A stretch of DNA of 64,000 nucleotides from Bacteroidota bacterium (lineage in GTDB: Bacteria; Bacteroidota; Rhodothermia; Rhodothermales; UBA10348). Below, one piece after another: positions 19,911 to 27,429 of the stretch (its first letter is position 1; each line of letters opens with the position of its first letter). The stretch lies in the NCBI GenBank assembly GCA_022567305.1, contig JADFHF010000004.1, positions 40,623 to 104,622 on the forward strand, given 5' to 3'. The notes below the pieces were generated by a model, which was not told the DNA's origin, searched no databases, and worked only from the letters and a program-made list of their open reading frames with translations. A program made the position numbers and the translations under genes.

Positions 19911-19998
19911 AATGAGTATACAATTCGCTCGACCGACGTCCGCCGAATAACCCATCCCGCTTGTCGTAGAGACGGGTTGCTCTCATGTTTGCGAGGTT
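19911..19998. repeat. non-coding paralogous element, copy B (~88 nt)
   Basis: See copy A. It lies between the convergent STAS and Tat-lipoprotein genes. Confidence 0.55.
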
Positions 19999-20040
19999 GA
20001 CTTAAAAGAATCGGGGCTGTACCGTACGATCCGTTACTTC

Positions 20041-20445
20041 TCAATACCCTATATCCGTCAGATCGTTATTCGTCAATGAAAACGTAAACTGATGCGTGTG
20101 TCCTACGGAGCTTGATGAGCCCACCGTGACAGAAGTGCCCGTACTAATGGTTCCCAGTTGCGTAGCTGACAACGTAACGGTATGCACATGTTGGTCAGAA
20201 TTAGACGACTGATAACTTTTCGCGGTCGCCGAGTCCAAATCAGCAATCGGAATTGATGCCGAGTGAGAATGCCCGGCAACGATAGTGGAAACAGCGCTCA
20301 ACGTCATGATCTGATTGCCGCCATTATTTCCGGTGTTCGAATTATTCTCGCCATCTGAGTTCGTATCGCAGCCCACTACATAAATGGCTCCAGCCACGAC
20401 AGGGAAGGCCTTTCCAGCTTCAATAATAAATCGGCGTCTATTCAT
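20041..20445 (-). CDS. small Tat-signal lipoprotein with three H-x-H motifs (putative metal-binding; function unknown)
   Basis: Start chosen at MNRRRFIIEAGKAFPVVAGAIYVVGC (twin-Arg motif plus lipobox Cys). The mature part is Ser/Thr/Asn-rich with GHSHS, HVHTV and GHTHQF. Confidence 0.55.
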   Translation of the reverse strand: MNRRRFIIEAGKAFPVVAGAIYVVGCDTNSDGENNSNTGNNGGNQIMTLSAVSTIVAGHSHSASIPIADLDSATAKSYQSSNSDQHVHTVTLSATQLGTISTGTSVTVGSSSSVGHTHQFTFSLTNNDLTDIGY

Positions 20446-20762
20446 AGTCGTGTACCAGTGATTTTGGTTTGGCTTACGTCCGATGCCCACCACTCATATG
20501 TCACTATTCTGCACGTTACTCACGCAATGGATAGAAATATCTTTACTCAATTGCCATGAATTGCCAGGGCAATTAATTGTGCCCTAACAGTCCCTGGAAT
20601 TGCAATACGTCCAAATACCTCCGCGGCCCCGTTCTTCGAGGATCTTGAAGTGGGATAAGTTTTTGCCGACCATGGCGATCCCGGATGGGTGAGTCTAAGG
20701 AAACGGGGCTCAGGGCGAAAGTGCAAATACCCGGCGTTCATTCAGCCGGTGTCTACAATAGC

Positions 20763-21131
20763 CTATTTGTAGGCAATCGCTGCGCTTGCTGGGCCGGCAT
20801 TTGGAAGGATCTCGAAGCGCGTAAATCCAACTTCCTCACACCATGTACGAAAGTCGGCTCCAGGTTAGTCGAAGGCTTCACTAAATTCGATGAGCATGTT
20901 GAGTGACATCAACAGGCCAAATTCGTTTTCTCGCCGGGCATTGTCGATCAGATTCTCGACGGCGATACACGCTCCTCCCTCAGGAAGCGCATCTTGAAGC
21001 TCCAGGCCGGTCTTCGGCCCGTCCCCCAGGTGTGTGAACACCTCAAACTCTACCGCTGACCGCAGAACGTTGGAGGCCTAGAAACCCGAGCCAATTTGCA
21101 CAATGTGTGATGGGTTAACGGAGTGGTCCAT
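20763..21131 (-). pseudogene. remnant of a class I SAM-dependent O-methyltransferase (two in-frame stops; central domain missing)
   Basis: Hand translation gives MDHSVNPSHIVQIGSGF*ASNVLRSAVEFEVFTHLGDGPKTGLELQDAL... ...NEFGLLMSLNMLIEFSEAFD*PGADFRTWCEEVGFTRFEILPNAGPASAAIAYK*. The N-terminal dimerisation-like and C-terminal ends are present. The SAM-binding core is absent. TAG and TAA fall where I would expect Trp and Tyr. Confidence 0.6.
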
Positions 21132-21293
21132 CGGAGTTACCTCAAATCCTGTTAATAAGTCGTTGTAGGACAAGGGGAAATTCAAGTTTACAGTACGCCC
21201 AAATTGAAACGGATAAGATTATTATGTTGGCAATTCTAGATGTATATCGTTATTCATTTACAACAACTCAATTAATTAATTAAGGAGAACGTT

Positions 21294-21953
21294 ATGCCAC
21301 TCAGAATCAACGATGAAGCGCCTAACTTCACGGCTCAAACCACCCATGGGGAAATAAATTTCCATGAGTGGTTAGGTGATGGCTGGGGAGTTTTGTTTTC
21401 ACATCCTAAAGATTTCACGCCCGTCTGTACCACCGAATTAGGATATATGGCTGGTTTGTTGCCCGAATTCACCAAGAGGAACTGTAAAGTTATTGGTTTG
21501 AGTGTCGACACGGTCGACGACCATAATGAATGGGCTAAGGATATTGAAGAAACCCAGGGGCACGCGGTTAATTACCCGATGATAGGTGATCATGATTTAG
21601 CTGTCGCAAAATTATATAACATGCTTCCTGCTGAAGAAACAGGTACGTCAGAAGGACGCACAGCGATGACCAATGCGACCGTTCGATCCGTATTTATTAT
21701 TGACCCTGATAAAAAGATTAAATTAATGTTAACCTATCCAATGACGACAGGACGCAATTTCGATGAGATCTTACGAGTCATCGATTCTATGCAGTTGACA
21801 GCCAAACACAAAGTAGCTACTCCTGTAAATTGGAAAGAAGGTGATGATGTAATCATCGTACCCAGTGTGTCCAATGAAGAAGCTGAAACGATATTTCCTG
21901 ATGGTTGGCAAACGGTAAAACCGTATTTGCGAACAGTAAAGCAACCCAACTGA
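21294..21953 (+). CDS. 1-Cys peroxiredoxin (Prx6-type)
   Basis: 219 aa, with ...HPKDFTPVCTTELG... A strong AAGGAG lies 7 nt upstream of the ATG. The gene is visibly more AT-rich than its neighbours. Confidence 0.9.
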   Translation: MPLRINDEAPNFTAQTTHGEINFHEWLGDGWGVLFSHPKDFTPVCTTELGYMAGLLPEFTKRNCKVIGLSVDTVDDHNEWAKDIEETQGHAVNYPMIGDHDLAVAKLYNMLPAEETGTSEGRTAMTNATVRSVFIIDPDKKIKLMLTYPMTTGRNFDEILRVIDSMQLTAKHKVATPVNWKEGDDVIIVPSVSNEEAETIFPDGWQTVKPYLRTVKQPN

Positions 21954-21971
21954 AACTTGCTCACCGATCAA

Positions 21972-22000
21972 TTCAGCCGAGAGCTTTCGCGTCGGCTGAA
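21972..22000 (+). terminator. possible stem-loop terminator after the peroxiredoxin gene
   Basis: TTCAGCCGA-(11 nt)-TCGGCTGAA forms a 9-bp stem, but no clear U-tract follows. Confidence 0.35.
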
Positions 22001-22923
22001 ATTGACTGGAGCCATGATTCCGAAACGGCGGTGGCATCAAGAACCAATCGTTTGAGCTTTAGCTTAGGGCTGCCAGGTATAGAGTCGTTAACGCTCCGGT
22101 GCTGTGCCCCAAAGCACCTACTCTTTTCAGATCGACTTCTGGCGGCATCGCGCACGATAAAAATTACCCAGAACACCGATCAGCAAGAGGCTATTCGTTC
22201 TGAACGACGCGCCGTATACGAGCAGAACCAACGAGATCGGTCTCAGATTGGCGGTATCACTGGCAACGAGAGAGGGCGAAGCTCAGTCGACGAACTCACG
22301 GACTGGGCGCCGTGGGCGGATCGGGGTCTTGTTTTTTAGCGAACCAGGATTACGTTGAATATCCATATTCGAGAAAGGAAAAGAAGAGCGGTTCAGTCGA
22401 TTAGACTGAAGTGCGTTCCTCATCCGTTTATAACCGGTGCGCTCCGTATGTCCGGAGAGCTCGTGGGCGGTTCTTGCGGATTACAGCCTCATGCCGGAGT
22501 CATCATGTAATAATCGTCCCCAGGCAGCGGATCTTGGATATGGTATCGAACACCTGTTACGAGCCCCTATCTGGTGCTCAGTTCGTCCTTAGCGCTCTCG
22601 CATGAGTAGACGCCGTCGCACGATCACGTCGCGGGTTACTTTTATGGAATCGGAGGCGTAACAGGGCACTCGGTTCGTGGACGTCATGACTGACCTCCTT
22701 TTCTAGCTCGATAGGCTTCAAGAGATTGAAGCGAGCGGGAGCGTCATCCTTGGAATTTGATTCTGAATCTGCTTGGGATATCGCACCATTTTGAAGTATT
22801 GTATCGGGCGTCATTTTCGGGTACGTACGTTCTTGGTTTTACTCAAGGAACACTAGGTTCCTTAACCGCGACCTTAACCATGCTAAATAAAAATAATCGT
22901 AAGTACTTTATAAACTGATATTT

Positions 22924-24516
22924 ATGTCTAAGTCCTTTTACTTCAACCTGAAACAATATGGCATAGACGTAACCACGATCGTTCGCAACGCATCGCCCGC
23001 GCGGCTCTATGAGGAGGCGATCCTGTACGACGAAGGTGCAGCGGTTTCGAGTACGGGTGCCATCATGCTAAGATCGGGCACCAAGACAGGGCGATCTCCT
23101 AGCGACAAGCGGATCGTCGAATCATCCGAGAGCCGGGATGACATTTGGTGGGGTGACATCAATATTAAGATGGACCTCGACATCTTTGAGATTAATCTGG
23201 AGCGCGCGATCGACTATTTCGATACATGCGAACGCTTGTATGTCTTTGATGGCTTTGCTGGATGGGACCCTGTATATCAGATCAAGGTGCGCATCATTTG
23301 CACTCGTCCGTATCACGCGCTTTTCATGCATAACATGTTGATCCGTCCATCGGCGGAAGAACTTGCAAAGTTCGGCGAGCCCGACTACGTAATTTTCAAT
23401 GCGGGAAGGTTTCCTGCCAACCGCAATACCCAACAGGTCACTTCCAAGACGTGCGTCACGCTCTGTTTAGAGAAGAAGCAATTCGTGATTCTTGGGACGG
23501 AATATGCGGGTGAAATGAAAAAGGGTGTGTTTACGATCATGAATTATATCATGCCCAAGCAGGACGTTCTTTCCATGCACTGCTCGGCCAATGAGGGTCC
23601 TGATGGAAACGTATCCCTTTTCTTCGGCCTTTCCGGTACGGGTAAGACCACGCTGTCAGCCGACCCGCATAGAGCTCTTATCGGAGATGACGAACACTGC
23701 TGGACCGATCACGGAATCTTCAATATTGAAGGGGGCTGCTACGCCAAAGCCATCGGACTTTCAGCAGAGAAAGAGCCGGAAATCCACGGTGCCATTCGGT
23801 TTGGAGCCGTCCTGGAAAATGTGGTCTACGATCCAGATACACGCGAAGTGGACTACGATGACGTCTCGATCACGCAGAACACGCGGGCATCCTATCCGAT
23901 CGAGTTTATTGAGAATGCCAAGATTCCGGGGATTGCGGGACATCCGAATCACATCATTTTTCTTACTTACGACGCATTCGGAGTCCTTCCTCCCGTCTCC
24001 AGGCTCTCTCCTGCACAGGCCATGTATCATTTTATGAGCGGTTACACGGCAAAGGTAGCCGGTACCGAAGTGGGTGTAACTGAGCCCAAAGCAACGTTTT
24101 CCGCCTGTTTCGGGGCAGCCTTTATTGTCTGGCATCCAGCCAAATATGCCGAACTCCTGGCGGAGAAAATGCGATCGCATAGCGCCAAAGCGTGGCTGAT
24201 CAATACAGGTCTTACGGGTGGGCCGTATGGTAAGGGTGAACGGATGTTACTCAAGTACACACGGGCCATTATTGATGCCATCCACGATGGGTCACTCGAC
24301 CATGCTGATTCGATTCCAGATGCCGTATTCGGTTTCGATGTCGTTACATCCGTTCCGAACGTTCCGTCGGAGGTGTTGAATCCGCGCGATACTTGGGACC
24401 GTGCCGACGAATACGATGCTACGGCAAGTAAACTGGCTCGCTCATTCAGGGAGAATTTCGAGCAGTTTGAGGAAGGATCGTCTGACGAGGTGCTTCACGC
24501 CGCACCGAAGGGGTAA
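22924..24516 (+). CDS. pckA: phosphoenolpyruvate carboxykinase (ATP)
   Basis: 530 aa, with GLSGTGKTTLS (kinase-1a) and typical PckA blocks (...IGDDEHCW..., ...GGCYAK...). Confidence 0.95.
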   Translation: MSKSFYFNLKQYGIDVTTIVRNASPARLYEEAILYDEGAAVSSTGAIMLRSGTKTGRSPSDKRIVESSESRDDIWWGDINIKMDLDIFEINLERAIDYFDTCERLYVFDGFAGWDPVYQIKVRIICTRPYHALFMHNMLIRPSAEELAKFGEPDYVIFNAGRFPANRNTQQVTSKTCVTLCLEKKQFVILGTEYAGEMKKGVFTIMNYIMPKQDVLSMHCSANEGPDGNVSLFFGLSGTGKTTLSADPHRALIGDDEHCWTDHGIFNIEGGCYAKAIGLSAEKEPEIHGAIRFGAVLENVVYDPDTREVDYDDVSITQNTRASYPIEFIENAKIPGIAGHPNHIIFLTYDAFGVLPPVSRLSPAQAMYHFMSGYTAKVAGTEVGVTEPKATFSACFGAAFIVWHPAKYAELLAEKMRSHSAKAWLINTGLTGGPYGKGERMLLKYTRAIIDAIHDGSLDHADSIPDAVFGFDVVTSVPNVPSEVLNPRDTWDRADEYDATASKLARSFRENFEQFEEGSSDEVLHAAPKG

Positions 24517-24526
24517 CATTCTCCGA

Positions 24527-25471
24527 CTAGACGTCCGTACCCGAAAGCGCCTCAGCGAGTCTGAGCGCTCCTATTTCGGGTGGATGATCTGGATCGGTGA
24601 ATTCGACGTTGGGATTTTCAGTCGTTAACGCCTTTTCGAGCAAGCTCCGATACAGCGGGTTCTGGCAAAGCCCACCCATGAAGGCGAGTCGCGAGTTGTC
24701 GAGTTGATCAAGAACCAAGCCTGCTTCGCGAGCCAATTCGGTGGCCTCCGTTCGGAGGATTTCGATGGCCACTTCATCGCCGTTTTCAGCAGCTTCAAAT
24801 ACAAAGGGAGCCAGCGTCGAAAATTTCAAATTCTCATCGTTCACGGCTGCGATCATTCCATCTCTGTCGGTGATTTCCAGTTCGACCGTCAACCGTTCGG
24901 ACAATATTTCGGACAAAATTGCTGACAATGATGTGCTTTTACCTCCGTCCAATGCCATGCATATGGCGCGCACGGCTCGCCGACCGATTTGTTCACCGCT
25001 CCCCGGATCTCCCAGGCGAGCTCCCCATCCTCCCGCGCGCAAGAAATCACCCGTGTCGGTATTTGCGAAGATTCCCGAGCCTGTGCCCGCGATGAGGATC
25101 GTTCCCGCCCGACCCGAAAACGCACCTTCAAGGGCAATGACGGCATCCGAGTGAGCCTCGAACCGATCGAGGGGGTTTGTTCGGGCAGTTACAAACCCCT
25201 GATTCAACTCGTTCAGGATAGCACTCCGACCGGCACCGGCTACGCCGGCTACCGAGTATATAATGGCGTCCGAATGAGCTTCTTCTCTGATTCGCGCGAG
25301 TGAAGCGGCAATGACGCCGATGACTTGAGAAGCATTGGCTCTATGATAATTTGCTCCATGTGTACTAAATCGGATAATGTGTTCCGCGTCTGCGTCCCTG
25401 TGCCGGTATGCGACGGACGTTTTGGTTCCACCGATATCGAACCCTACATACATTTTGGACTGTGATTCCAT
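24527..25471 (-). CDS. BadF/BadG/BcrA/BcrD-type ATPase (N-acetylglucosamine kinase-like)
   Basis: MYVGFDIGGTKTSV and ILIAGTGSGIF are ASKHA-fold phosphate motifs. Confidence 0.75.
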   Translation of the reverse strand: MESQSKMYVGFDIGGTKTSVAYRHRDADAEHIIRFSTHGANYHRANASQVIGVIAASLARIREEAHSDAIIYSVAGVAGAGRSAILNELNQGFVTARTNPLDRFEAHSDAVIALEGAFSGRAGTILIAGTGSGIFANTDTGDFLRAGGWGARLGDPGSGEQIGRRAVRAICMALDGGKSTSLSAILSEILSERLTVELEITDRDGMIAAVNDENLKFSTLAPFVFEAAENGDEVAIEILRTEATELAREAGLVLDQLDNSRLAFMGGLCQNPLYRSLLEKALTTENPNVEFTDPDHPPEIGALRLAEALSGTDV

Positions 25472-27429
25472 TATCTGGCCGGCCTGAGTTCGGTCCGTTC
25501 GTATTCCATTTCGTCGACCCCCATGTGGACGCTGACGGGGGCCCGATTTTCAGGTAGAAATCGCCCCAGGAATGATGCGTAACGAACGATAGGTCGTTCA
25601 AATTCAAACGTGGATCCTGGTCGACTGCCGAACAAGCCCTCCCAAGCGGTCGCAGCTTTCAATTTAGACGCATCAATCGCCGGTCCCCACGAAAGAGAAG
25701 TCGGGTGACCCCGACCTGCGACCGACACCGGCAGAAACTCGTTTTGAAATTTACTGACACGCCGATCCGTTGTTGTCAGCGTACTCATCCATCCCGGATA
25801 GTAAACTTGTAATTCTTGTACGCTCTCCCAGCGCCATTCTCGCATGTCCGCGGTGTACCGTCTGGTCAAGGCCATTACCGCATTCGCCAGGGAACTCTCT
25901 GCGGTTTCTCCAAGAAGCGAATCTTCAGGCGATCGCCTCAACTCCTGATCCGCATATTCTGCAATCGACGCCGCGATAGAGGATCCTCGGTAACTCAGGT
26001 CCCAATTCCGCAGGTAGTCAACGGCTTCATTTTCTCGAACTGTCCGATTTGTTACGGAATCAAGCGCCGATAGGTAACGGTCTGTCCATTTCTTTGCTGA
26101 TGTGCTGAACGTGTCGTGCAACAAATCCCAGTCAGATTGAGCTTCAGTCTGTCCAGAAATTATTTCCTGCAACCGTTCTTTCAGATCGGAGCCGGATTCA
26201 GAATTACTAATAAATAGGACACCGCTCGGGTGTCGAAAAGAAGTCAATGGAAAGCCGGTGATTGTCGCGCCGACCCCGGATTTGTTGACAATTCCATCAT
26301 CTCGGAAGAGCGAAAAGGGGCGAAGAATTCCAGCCGTCAATTTAATCCAAGACTCGCTGTCCGTAGAATGATTCATGCCCGACCATTTCAAAAGCGTCCG
26401 GAGGCTATCGGTCGAGGCGCTATCGTCGATCGCAAGAGCTCCATTGATCCTCTCGATTTGGACCACCTCTTCGAAGCCTTCAGCATCTTTCAGGCGGTCG
26501 TAAATCGTCTCGGATGATGTAATATCCGCCAGTGATACTTGCTCCACGGATACGTTAGCAGCCATCAACAAAGTCCAGGAAAACTCGTAGGTTCGTCCGG
26601 CCGGAAATAAGATCGTCCCCGGAATCGATAACCCGTCAATTCTCTCCCCCGCCGATGACGCGAACGCAAACTCCTGGAGGATGGGTTGACCAGAATTGCC
26701 CATTAGATAGCGGAGAAGATGGCGCATCTGTTGTCCACCCCCGATGAGAAGATTCATGTTTTCACCCATGCCGAAAACGTGCAATCGAGAACGAAGCGAA
26801 CGGTCCGCCGCAAGGAGCTCTTGTACTCCAGGAATTCTTGGATCGAGTCGTTGAACGGGCGCACTGAGCCAGGCCCATAACCGTTCCACGGCAATAGAAT
26901 GCCAGGGCTGCCAACTCTCCGGTACGATCTCAAGAAGTACAAGGACTGCTTTACGTTGAACCCGTTTGGTCATGAGCGCTGCGGTCATCCCGTCCGCGTA
27001 ACGTTCAAGTTGTGTACGGACCTCCGGGGAAAGCGAATCAAAAGAGCGCCGGGCATCCTTTGCAAGTTCTAAGCTTCTCGCAAGACGGTCTTCATCCCAC
27101 GCCTCCTGTCCGAACCATTCGCTCAGTTTCCCCAAAGATGCTTGTCGCATCAGCAGCGATATCCACGGCCGATTCATCCCGTGGGCATACCCGAGTGCGG
27201 TATAAAAATCTCCACGCCCTTCCGCCTGAATGTGAACGGGTCCTTCTTCGGCCCAGTAGATCGAAACCGTCTCTGCAAGACCCTGAATAGGATGACGGGC
27301 CGGAGGCGCCGTCTTTACACCGTAAGAGAGGTAGTACAGAATACCGATGAACCCGGCGGCAAGCGCCAGAATCGTTCCGACGATGACACCAGGTTTTGAC
27401 ACGTGCCAAACTCGGGAATACGCTGTCAT
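25471..27429 (-). CDS. penicillin-acylase (S45, Ntn-hydrolase) family protein, membrane-anchored, possibly non-catalytic
   Basis: N-terminal TM segment. YTALGYAHGMNRPWISLLMRQASLGKLSEWFG matches the conserved acylase alpha-chain block. At 652 aa it is shorter than typical acylases. GENMNLLIGG sits where GSNxW is expected. Confidence 0.65.
   Translation of the reverse strand: MTAYSRVWHVSKPGVIVGTILALAAGFIGILYYLSYGVKTAPPARHPIQGLAETVSIYWAEEGPVHIQAEGRGDFYTALGYAHGMNRPWISLLMRQASLGKLSEWFGQEAWDEDRLARSLELAKDARRSFDSLSPEVRTQLERYADGMTAALMTKRVQRKAVLVLLEIVPESWQPWHSIAVERLWAWLSAPVQRLDPRIPGVQELLAADRSLRSRLHVFGMGENMNLLIGGGQQMRHLLRYLMGNSGQPILQEFAFASSAGERIDGLSIPGTILFPAGRTYEFSWTLLMAANVSVEQVSLADITSSETIYDRLKDAEGFEEVVQIERINGALAIDDSASTDSLRTLLKWSGMNHSTDSESWIKLTAGILRPFSLFRDDGIVNKSGVGATITGFPLTSFRHPSGVLFISNSESGSDLKERLQEIISGQTEAQSDWDLLHDTFSTSAKKWTDRYLSALDSVTNRTVRENEAVDYLRNWDLSYRGSSIAASIAEYADQELRRSPEDSLLGETAESSLANAVMALTRRYTADMREWRWESVQELQVYYPGWMSTLTTTDRRVSKFQNEFLPVSVAGRGHPTSLSWGPAIDASKLKAATAWEGLFGSRPGSTFEFERPIVRYASFLGRFLPENRAPVSVHMGVDEMEYERTELRPAR

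Noticed and set aside
19709-20044. 111-aa minus-strand ORF overlapping the 3' end of the STAS gene
   Set aside because: The reasoning is the same as for 17895-18305. It also overlaps the better-supported STAS CDS on the opposite strand.
21180-21293. PerR/OxyR-type operator upstream of prx (AT-rich AAGATTATTATG segment)
   Set aside because: It resembles a Per box only partially. In such AT-rich DNA, chance matches are expected.
21905-22339. 144-aa plus-strand ORF overlapping the end of the prx gene
   Set aside because: It overlaps the prx gene out of frame, continues through the prx terminator hairpin, and has no recognisable features.
22578-22814. 78-aa minus-strand ORF divergent from pckA
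   Set aside because: It is hydrophilic and low-complexity with no motif. I cannot exclude a small protein, but nothing supports one.
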